The position numbers and the translations under genes are program-made. This document shows, one piece after another, positions 1 to 7,905 of a DNA stretch of 7,905 bases. This DNA comes from Neoechinorhynchus agilis (Eukaryota > Animalia > Acanthocephala), in contig JBMGUZ010000091.1 in NCBI GenBank assembly GCA_051530055.1, positions 1 to 7,905 on the forward strand, in the 5' to 3' direction. Each line of letters opens with the position of its first letter. Position 1 is the first letter of the stretch. A model generated the notes under the pieces. The model saw only the letters and a list, made by a program, of their open reading frames with translations. It did not search any database and was not told the origin of the DNA.

Positions 1-2407
1 GACAAGAACTTTTGATAGACGCGATTTAAACTTTTGAATATTCATTATTTTTTCTTCTATCGTATCCTTTGTTAACAACCTATAAACATTTACTGTCCTT
101 GTTTGTCCAATTCTATGAGCGCGGTCCATGGCTTGCTGGTCTTTGGCTGGATTCCAGTCATGTTCTACGAATATTACAGTATCGGCTGCTGTAAGATTCA
201 GACCTACGCCTCCAACCTGAGTTGTCATAATAAGTATATTATAAGGAGAATTCGGTTCATTGTACTGTTCAACTATTTTGGCTCTTTGTGCAGCCTGGAC
301 GCCACCGTGCATAACCAAGTGTTTGGCTGATGATAATAAAGGAATTACCATACTAACGATGATGCTGATCATCTCTCTCATTTGACAGAATATGAGAACT
401 CTATGTAGAGACGAAGTGCCTTCAGTGTCGAATCCACATTCCCTAAGAAGGTTTAAGAGTGCGATCAGTTTTCCGGACTGTTCCAATGTAGCGTCGTCGG
501 ATTTTTCACCGGTAAAAAGACACGGATGATTGCAGAGTCGTCTTAATTTTATCAATTGTCTAAAAACATGCCCATCTTGTGTAGATTCGAATTCTTCACT
601 ACAAATGGACGGCTCCAAAGTGGAGTTTTGTTCAAGATACTGATCGTAGAAAACCCGCTGGATTTCGGTCATTTCGCAATACACGTCTTGGATAATTTTA
701 GGAGGAAGACTTTTGACGACATCTTGTTTCATTCTCCTAAGCATAAAAGGGAGAACTTGCTTTTGAAGATAAGTGAGAGCAAGTATAGCCTCATCTGAAG
801 CAGCTCCACCAGCGTTTTTAGAAGCAGTGATACTCTTTAGGAACTTATTTTTAAAGTGACGCTCGCTTCCTAAATAGCCCGGCATTAAGAACGAAAATAG
901 ACACCACAGGTCTTGAACACTGTTTTGAACCGGCGTTCCGGATAAAATGAGTCTATGATCAGCTTTAAGGTTTTGAATAACCTGTGAAATCATACTCTTT
1001 GAAGATCTAATCACATGTCCTTCGTCCAATACTAAATAAGTATACTTCAATGAGTGAAAGAAATCCGCATCCGTTCTTAAAGTGTCATACGAAACGATTA
1101 TAAAATGAATTGAAGATGTCATCAGTTTGTCTTTGAGAAAATCTCTTTCACGGGGCTTTCCGTAATAGAGCAAATAATTGAAGTGGTCATTGATGATAAA
1201 CTTTCCGAATTCCGCGTACCAATGATGGATTACTGAATTCGGACAGACAATCAATGAAGGCTTTGATGTTTCTTGCTTGTGTTCATCGTGAGTTGTAGTA
1301 AGTAGACAGATCGTTTGTAAAGTCTTTCCAAGTCCCATGTCGTCGCACAAAATCCCATTTAGGTTGTGATCACGAAGCATAAACAACCAATTGATGCCCA
1401 CTTGTTGGTAATCGCGCAATAGGATATCGGACTTTAACAAAGAACGGCTTAGATTATGATCTGGAATTTCCTTTGGTTTCAGAAGAAGATCCAACACAAA
1501 CGGAGCTTTATTTTTAGTTGTTTTGTTGGTGTTGGTAAGTGGATATAATCTCACAAGAAGAGCAAGGCATTGACCAGCCAAAGTGCTAATTTGCACATCA
1601 CTGTGACGAGATGCTTTAAGAATTGGAACCATCAATATGTCACAAAAAGCGACAATATCCTCCGGATCAAATCTAAGAATCATTTGATACAATGCTTCGA
1701 TTGCACCTTGTATATGCTCGAAAATTTGCAAAGTGACATCTCCTTGAAGGCGACATAAAACATGTTCCGTGAGGATATTTCTAATTTTATGTGGCGTCTT
1801 CATACGACAAACTAAAGACGCTAATGCTATACTGCCTTCGTATCGTATACATTTGAACTTTTGACTAATGACACAATCAGCCAAAGGAACTGCAAAAGCA
1901 TTCCATAAACGTCGAATACACTCGTCGCCTAAACAGTGCTCACTGAGTTCTTGTAATAACCTTAAAGATCGAACAGTTTGGAGTAAATCCAATTGTTCAT
2001 TGCTCTTCAAACACGACGATACACCTTCTGTGATCAATTGAATTAGTTGAGGCATTACATTGAACAACTTTTTTCCTAGCATCTTACATGCAGTCTGTAG
2101 TATCAACTTGGCACCCTTGTTGGCTAAACTGGACTCAGTGACAATAAGCTGGTTGTAATCAACAATCGGAAATTCCTCCATTGAAAACAATGGCTGGTGT
2201 GCTTTAAATGGCGGTATATTGTATTGCAGGCTCATCGGTCCACTGTAAGCCTCTAAATTATCAGAATCGGATGTGAATCGATCATAGGTACATATGCCAG
2301 AAATAGACGCATCAAACAGATTGGCCGGTTCAGTCAAATAACCAATTATATCGTTCAAGAGTCTACAAAACAAAGACTTCCTGTTGTCCTTGATAATCAA
2401 GAAGAGT
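1..2407 (-). CDS. MOT1: Mot1/BTAF1 exon 3 (3'-partial): last HEAT repeats plus the SNF2-family ATPase lobes; not listed in the ORF track
   Basis: Manual translation is open from 2457 to base 1. It contains LRDYQQVGINWL, Walker A GILCDDMGLGKT (1321-1356), DEGH (1015-1026), LILSGTPVQN, FLMPGYLGSE, LQKQVLPFMLRRMKQDVVKSLPPKIIQD, HRVLIFCQ, TTQVGGVGLNLTAAD and EHDWNPAKDQQAMDRAHRIGQ. DEGH, LPPKIIQD and VGGxGLNLT are typical of the Mot1/BTAF1 subfamily. The 5' boundary is inferred from the interruption model. Confidence 0.96.
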
Positions 2408-2578
2408 CTACGCCAATGGTCATGACAAGGTGAAAAATTCATACCAACATGCAAATTTTAAAGTTAGCGGCCAATGGAAATAAGAGATTTCTAGTTGTAA
2501 AATAACCCCCGGAGAAGATCGATAAAAGATCCAACTACCCTCAGCCTTTTTTTTGGTGATGCATGTCCATTGGTTCAG
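2408..2578 (-). other. 171-nt non-canonical intron-like interruption with terminal inverted repeats
   Basis: Contains four in-frame stops (2577-2575 TGA, 2493-2491 TAG, 2466-2464 TAA, 2460-2458 TAA) between two same-frame Mot1 segments. The left end CTACGCCAATGGTCATG (2408-2424) and the reverse complement of the right end CTGAACCAATGGACATG (2562-2578) match at 13/17. Removal gives ADSICR-LFLIIKDNRKSLFCRLLNDIIGYL. The exact junction can slide by a few nt. Confidence 0.75.
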
Positions 2579-4087
2579 CGACAGATTGAGTCTGCTGTAC
2601 AGGCTCGTATGAAAGGATTAACGTCGTGCTTGATGGAATTAATAAGAGGAGCAATGATAGGATTGAGTTTTGCTGGATCATAAGCATTCAAGCGGATTAG
2701 ACCTGTTGCAGCCAATGCTGTAGTCCTCGTTAATATTGTAGATTCAATAGAACGCGATTCGTTGATCAACTCAATCATTGATTCGTACATATAGCGTATT
2801 TTTTCATCCATCATATTTAGAAGGGATTGCCGGAACTCGTCCATGTCAGAAACGGCATAAAGTGTAGCAGGTAAAGCACCGGCAGCTGATTTCGAATTTT
2901 GTAAGAGTTTCTGTCGAAGTATCTGGTAGATTTTTTCAGCATTTCTGATACAATCAGCGACCTCAATGAACACTTGACTCTCGCCTGCGATATTTCGATC
3001 GAGACTTGGTCGGAACACGGACTGAACATGTTCGATTGAACGAAATGGTGACAGATACCAGACGTCGATTTCCGATTTCTCTTCACCAAAGAATGTCATA
3101 CCTCTGAGAGCTTCAGCGATTTCGGCAATGATGATATATATGATGATTCTATGCTGCCCTCGCATACTGTCTATTAAACTACCGCTATCATATCCGTGAG
3201 CGATTCTATCCAGTAGAGCTCGTTGAATTTCCGAAGGGTCATTATCGCCTTCCTTAAGGTCGTCAATACTACCGACAGCCACAAGTGTCCTAGCGACCAT
3301 ATGAGCAAAGCACTTGGCACAGGCGAACCAAGTTCGGACTTTGGTACAATCTCGATTAACTTTGTTCATTGTATCAAATCTGAGTTTGAAAGCATCACCG
3401 ATTTGCTCGTATCCATCAACTCGGACTCCACATATGTTAGCGATTTCGACTCCTTTCAGCTCTTCTAAAGTAAGGGCTCTAATCATCGATGTCATACAAT
3501 CATAAGTGAGTTTGAGTAAAACTCGCGGTTTTGCACTCACGCGATCGATACAAGTTGAAAAAGTATTGATGTACTTGTCAGTTAGTACGGGATTTAATTC
3601 GAAGTAAATTCGGCCAAATAACATTCGAAGCACCTTATCAATCATGACTACGTCGTTAACAACGTATTCAAGTTGAACGTGTTCATAATTCATTATGAGA
3701 CGGAGCATTTTATCTATGCAGTGGAGACACTCCATTCTCACTGGCGCATCCACTGATTTCCACAAACTGTCAAGCATTTGGTAAAGAAGTGTTTTATCGA
3801 AAGCTTTAGAACGTTGAACAAGCGGCATTAATTTGCTTATTAATGTTACAACATAAGAAGAGCTTGAGAGGTCGTCAAAATGAGCTGAGAAATCATTCAG
3901 TTTTTGTACAAGTGCACACAATTCATCCGAGCTTAACTCCTGTTCAATGCTAGGAATGAGGTATAAAAGACATGAGGTGGCAGCCGTTGAAACGTCATTA
4001 TCGTCGTCTTCAAGAAGTTCAATCAAAGGATGAACCCATATTCCCTCACGTGTACAAGCATAGTCACTTAAGGGAAGCAAATATTTT
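2579..4087 (-). CDS. MOT1: Mot1/BTAF1 exon 2: central HEAT/ARM region
   Basis: Corresponds to ORF 2575..4116. It begins with IKYLL...LLEDDDNDVSTAA (Mot1-like IKYLL...L.D.DDDV.AVAA) and ends with KLNPIIAPLINSIK (Mot1/BTAF1 KLNPII.PLM..IK). It is in the same frame as exon 3. The track's Met at 4116 lies inside the inferred interruption. Confidence 0.9.
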
Positions 4088-5847
4088 ATAGAGCATGTTT
4101 GTGCTACTTTTCTCATAGTGAAGAATCCTTAGGTCCTGTCCGTCTCAACGTGTTAAATTTTCTTTTTTTTAATTAATTTGCACAAGTTAAAGAGGAAATT
4201 ATTGAACTAATATCATCCATGAATTCAAAGGGAAGTTCAAAAACGCGTTCAAAAAATGCGCAAGGGTGGGGGTGAGATCGCTCATAGTTCCCAGCAGCAA
4301 ATTATTGAACTAATATCATCCATGAATTCAAAGGGATTAAAAACGCGTTCAAAAAATGCAAGGTGGGGTGAGATCGCTCATAGGTCCCAGCAGCAAATTA
4401 TTGAACTAATATCATCCATGAATTCAAAGGGAAGTTCAAAAACGCGTTCAAAAAATGCGCAAGGGTGGGGGTGAGATCGCTCATAGGTCCCAGCAGCAAA
4501 TTATTGAACTAATATCATCCATGAATTCAAAGGGAAGTTCAAAAACGCGTTCAAAAAATGCGCAAGTGGGGGTGAGATCGCTCATAGTTCCCAGCAGCAA
4601 ATTATTGAACTAATATCATCCATGAATTCAAAGGGAAGTTCAAAAACGCGTTCAAAAAATGCGCAAGGGTGGGGGTGAGATCGCTCATAGGTCCCAGCAG
4701 CAAATTATTGAACTAATATCATCCATGAATTCAAAGGGAAGTTCAAAAACGCGTTCAAAAAATGCGCAAGGGTGGGGGTGAGATCGCTCATAGGTCCCAG
4801 CAGCAAATTATTGAACTAATATCATCCATGAATTCAAAGGGAAGTTCAAAAACGCGTTCAAAAAATGCGCAAGGGTGGGGGTGAGATCGCTCATAGGTCC
4901 CAGCAGCAAATTATTGAACTAATATCATCCATGAATTCAAAGGGAAGTTCAAAAACGCGTTCAAAAAATGCGCAAGGGTGGGGGTGAGATCGCTCATAGG
5001 TCCCAGCAGCAAATTATTGAACTAATATCATCCATGAATTCAAAGGGAAGTTCAAAAACGCGTTCAAAAAAGCGCAAGGGTGGGGGTGAGATCGCTCATA
5101 GGTCCCAGCAGCAAATTATTGAACTAATATCATCCATGAATTCAAAGGGAAGTTCAAAAACGCGTTCAAAAAATGCGCAAGGGTGGGGTGAGATCGCTCA
5201 TAGTCAGCAGCAAATTATTGAACTAATATCATCCATGAATTCAAAGGGAAGTTCAAAAACGCGTTCAAAATGCGCAAGGGTGGGGGTGAGATCGCTCATA
5301 GGTCCCAGCAGCAAATTATTGAACTAATATCATCCATGAATTCAAAGGGAAGTTCAAAAACGCGTTCAAAAAATGCGCAAGGGTGGGGTGAGATCGCTCA
5401 TAGGTCCCAGCAGCAAATTATTGAACTAATATCATCCATGAATTCAAAGGGAAGTTCAAAAACGCGTTCAAAAAATGCGCAAGGGTGGGGGTGAGATCGC
5501 TCATAGGTCCCAGCAGCAAATTATTGAACTAATATCATCCATGAATTCAAAGGGAAGTTCAAAAACGCGTTCAAAAAATGCGCAAGGGTGGGGGTGAGAT
5601 CGCTCATAGGTCCCAGCAGCAAATTATTGAACTAATATCATCCATGAATCCAAAGGGAAGTTCAAAAACGCGTTCAAAAAATGCGCAAGGGTGGGGGTGA
5701 GATCGCTCATAGGTCCCAGCCTTTCGAGTGCAACTACACAAGACTCCCAAAGAATGAAAAGCCCTGAGTGTATGGGATTTTCGACTAGTGTGGTAGCAGC
5801 AGCTACAATAAAATTTGTATGGTTCCTAGAGCACGATCATATTCTTT
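4088..5847 (-). other. 1760-nt non-canonical intron-like or TIR-element interruption with a 7-bp junction direct repeat
   Basis: Direct repeat TTTATAG at 4085-4091 and 5845-5851 (offset 1760). Removing one copy plus the interior joins the frames and gives RHASLLTIKYLL. The left end ATAGAGCATGTTTGTGCT (4088-4105) and the reverse complement of 5830-5847, AAAGAATATGATCGTGCT, match at 13/18. Confidence 0.75.
4196..5720. repeat. Tandem array of 15 copies of a 103-bp unit
   Basis: Unit AAATTATTGAACTAATATCATCCATGAATTCAAAGGGAAGTTCAAAAACGCGTTCAAAAAATGCGCAAGGGTGGGGGTGAGATCGCTCATAGGTCCCAGCAGC. Copies start at 4196, 4299, 4395, 4498, 4599, 4702, 4805, 4908, 5011, 5113, 5212, 5313, 5415, 5518 and 5621. 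Lengths are 96-103 nt and the last copy lacks its final 3 nt. Confidence 0.99.
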
Positions 5848-6881
5848 ATAGTCAACAATGAAGCGTGTCGGATTGACCAAGCCTCATCAGTAAGTATTTG
5901 AGCCAGATTTTTAAGTATTTGATCGAGAAGTGGTATTGGCATAGCTCGTCCAGAACATGCAAGAGCAAGACATATTGCGCTAGTTTCACGAACGGGAGGA
6001 ACTACTTGATCACTTAGATAATCAGCGAATTGATCAGCAACCATTAAACTCATAAGACGAACGCAAATATCTGCAATGAATTCGCATTGACTCTCCGATA
6101 TAGTTTTAGTACGAGAATGAGCTTTCAGAAATTCCTTTAGAGCGAGCAAAGCACCATGTCTCTTTTCCCAATACCTATCGAACATTGCTGATAATATCCA
6201 CTCGACTAATTCATGAACAATGAGTGAGTCATCAATGGATACATTGTTGCTCATATCACTCGAAACGCGTAAACTATGATCGACGGACACTAGTGGGCAA
6301 TAGTTGGTGCCGAAAACTAATGATTGAAAATCACTAAAATGCATCTCTTTTGCATCAGTCTGTCTCTTAAGATCATCATCAGTGACGCATTTGGCAAAAT
6401 CGATTTGTAGCTCTTTTGGAATTGTTGCTCTTCGTCCACAAATCGTACTTCCCAATAAAGCTTTTTGACTTTTTATTCTAGGCACTTGGTCATCAACATG
6501 CGCAGGGGATAATCGTCCAGAATAAAGATACATATCGTCCGCTTTGATTTTTTGTTTGATCGAATCAAACATTTGAACGGTCAAAAATGTTCGCTCTATT
6601 TTTTTATTAGGCTTTGCAAAGTGTTGGTGCAAATTAAACTTTAGAATAAGAGCACCTAAACACTCAGCAGCACCGATACGTACATCCCATGAATCGTTCT
6701 GGAACCGACATTTGATCACATCGATCACAAGTGGTAGTTCACTCTTGTTCAACATCAACATATCAGCAATCTGTCCGGCGGCATTTGATCTAATTTTAAC
6801 GCTGACATTTGAGGATAACAGAGATAATAAGCGTTGAGTATGGTAGCCAAGTCGTTTCCCTTCGGGATGTGAAGTCTCCAT
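5848..6881 (-). CDS. MOT1: Mot1/BTAF1 exon 1: N-terminal TBP-binding HEAT region
   Basis: Corresponds to ORF 5826..6881. RLLSLL...IRSNAAGQIA, SWDVRIGAAECLG, WEKRHGALLALKEFLKAH, DQFADYLSDQVVPPVRETSA and WSIRHASLLTIK match the remembered Mot1 N-terminal motifs (W..R.AA..A.G, WE.RHGA...LRE, DRF.D...DQVVAPVRET.A, WE.RHGGLLGIK) in the right order. Confidence 0.93.
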
Positions 6882-6883
6882 AT

Positions 6884-6904
6884 CTAAGATTTAGTTAATT
6901 TATA
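6884..6904 (-). promoter_or_regulatory. Short AT-rich element just upstream of the MOT1 start codon (TATAAA and TTAG)
   Basis: The minus strand reads TATAAATTAACTAAATCTTAG-AT-ATG, with TATAAA at 6904-6899 and TTAG at 6887-6884. Motif match only; the function is unproven. Confidence 0.2.
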
Positions 6905-6906
6905 AG

Positions 6907-7224
6907 GTACAGGGTGTCCTCCGGGACGCCGCTTGTGTCGATACACTCGCGGCCAGCAATCTCAAGTTCTCGGTGGTTCAAGATGGAGGCGCAACGAGCG
7001 TTGCGGAAGGAAAACGGAGAAATACCTCGATTTAGCCAATGTTTTTGGGCCTTTTGGAGTTGAGACCTACGGATCTCTTGGTAGCGAGGCTCTTCAACTC
7101 CTGAGGGAACTGAAGCGACGCCCTCAGGTTATAATCGGTGATGCAAGGTCAATACTTGGTTCAAAATATCGCCGTGTTGAGAGGCAACACTGCAAGCATT
7201 CGGGCCACAATTGAGGACGGCTAG
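6907..7224 (+). mobile_element. Degenerate, 5'-truncated non-LTR retrotransposon fragment: C-terminal restriction-like (PD-(D/E)xK) endonuclease, CRE-like clade
   Basis: Three consecutive frames read LRDAACVDTLAASNL...AEGKR (frame from 6907), KYLDLANVFGPFGVETYGSLGSEALQLLRELKRR...IGDARS (the 6933 ORF frame), and QYLVQNIAVLRGNTASIRATIEDG* (7150-7224). This parallels the remembered CRE-type consensus WDATC.DTLA.S...AE..K..KY..L...F.PF.VET.G.WG..A..L..EL..RL....GD.R...L.QRIS.A.QRGNA.S..GT. Two frameshifts, near 7018 and 7150. Confidence 0.85.
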
Positions 7225-7700
7225 GCATACAGTGGATTTCGGTAAGACAAATACATCGTTATAAAATTGTTCTTATTGAGGATTTTTCTAAATGTTTCCC
7301 TTAGAATGAATTTAATTGTAGATTCAAAAAACCGAAATGAATTTCGAATGAGTTTGTAAAACGTCAAGATTTTATATATAAAGCATTTCTCATGGCAGGC
7401 ATACAGTGGATTTCGGTAAGACAAATACATCGTTATAAAATTGTTCTTATTGAGGATTTTTCTAAATGTTTCCCTTAGAATGAATTTAATTGTAGATTCA
7501 AAAAACCGAAATGAATTTCGAATGAGTTTGTAAAACGTCAAGATTTTATATATAAAGCATTTCTCATGGCAGGCATACAGTGGATTTCGGTAAGACAAAT
7601 ACATCGTTATAAAATTGTTCTTATTGAGGATTTTTCTAAATGTTTCCCTTAGAATGAATTTAATTGTAGATTCAAAAAACCGAAATGAATTTCGAATGAG
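7223..7700. repeat. Tandem repeat, 174-bp AT-rich unit, about 2.75 identical copies
   Basis: AGGCATACAGTGG... recurs at 7223, 7397 and 7571, and the third copy stops at 7700. I found no differences between copies. Confidence 0.99.
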
Positions 7701-7905
7701 AATTGAAAAATCGCCTTAAAATTAGTAGAATGTTTAGGTAGCCCTCAAAAAATAAATGCACTAGACTTTGGCGGTTTTGGTCTTCGCTTGGTAAAGAACG
7801 TTTTGTTAAATACTTTGACGAGGTTCAAAACAAATTTTGATGACTCGGCCCCCCTCCCGAACGCCAATTATAAAAAATCAGGAAAGCGCTTGATTTTTTT
7901 GAAAG

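Noticed and set aside
2357-2411. 10-bp direct repeat AAGAGTCTAC (2357-2366 and 2402-2411) as an alternative 3' junction
   Set aside because: Using it is in frame but deletes 15 residues needed for the Mot1 linker spacing; it is probably coincidental R-L coding.
2458-2577. Stop-codon readthrough, a variant genetic code or a frameshift as the explanation for the small gap
   Set aside because: All three stop types occur within 120 nt while 1650 other codons have none, both flanks are in the same frame, and readthrough would insert 57 residues into a short linker.
103-3505. Short ORFs 103..330, 556..798, 1570..1758, 2817..3089, 3223..3468 and 3314..3505
   Set aside because: They are antisense or off-frame shadows of the Mot1 coding sequence with no recognisable motifs.
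4237-4246. RNA polymerase III B-box-like GTTCAAAAAC in the repeat unit
   Set aside because: It misses the GWTCRANNC spacing by one base, and I found no A-box or tRNA-like fold.
4256-5494. Repetitive ORFs (QQQIIELISSMNSK...) in the 103-bp array
   Set aside because: The unit length is not a multiple of 3, so the frame cycles and stops; these are by-products of the repeat.
4196-5720. CRISPR array
   Set aside because: The units are contiguous with no unique spacers, there are no cas genes, and the context is eukaryotic.
4089-5833. Second direct repeat TAGAGCA at 4089-4095 and 5827-5833 as the excision boundary
   Set aside because: Joining at this repeat shifts the frame and reaches a stop within a few codons.
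4112-5859. Canonical GT-AG version of the large interruption (GTTGAC ... ATGAG)
   Set aside because: It is in frame, but the donor is weak, the acceptor is GAG rather than YAG, and it gives RHASLKVAQTCSIKYLL, five residues longer than the conserved motif. Disfavoured but not excluded without cDNA.
2575-6881. Two or three separate genes, or a naturally split protein
   Set aside because: The pieces are consecutive parts of one protein that break in the middle of conserved motifs and rejoin exactly when the bounded segments are removed.
7221-7604. 127-aa minus-strand ORF
   Set aside because: It is the 174-bp (58-codon) repeat read through in frame, with no protein-family features.
7872-7899. 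Hairpin AAAAAATCA-N10-TGATTTTTT near the right edge
   Set aside because: It is a low-complexity A/T stem with no context inside the window, so it cannot be called a terminator or element end.

Overview
Eukaryotic genomic DNA. Most of the window is one minus-strand gene for a divergent Mot1/BTAF1 (TBP-associated SNF2 ATPase), starting at ATG 6881 and running off the left edge (at least 1650 codons after joining). The ORF track misses its helicase-domain exon (1..2407), which I translated by hand and found open throughout. The gene has two interruptions: 171 nt (about 2408..2578) and 1760 nt (about 4088..5847). Neither has credible GT-AG ends. Both have imperfect 17-18 nt terminal inverted repeats, and removing each at those repeats restores the frame and the Mot1 motif spacing. 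The larger one also has a 7-bp direct repeat across its junctions and contains 15 tandem copies of a 103-bp unit. This points to stem-defined non-canonical introns (introner-like) or DNA-level eliminated segments; dead insertions or assembly artefacts cannot be excluded without reads. About 25 bp upstream of the start codon, head-to-head, lies a frameshifted remnant of a CRE-type non-LTR retrotransposon endonuclease, followed by about 2.75 identical copies of a 174-bp repeat. All family assignments come from remembered motifs; no database search was run.
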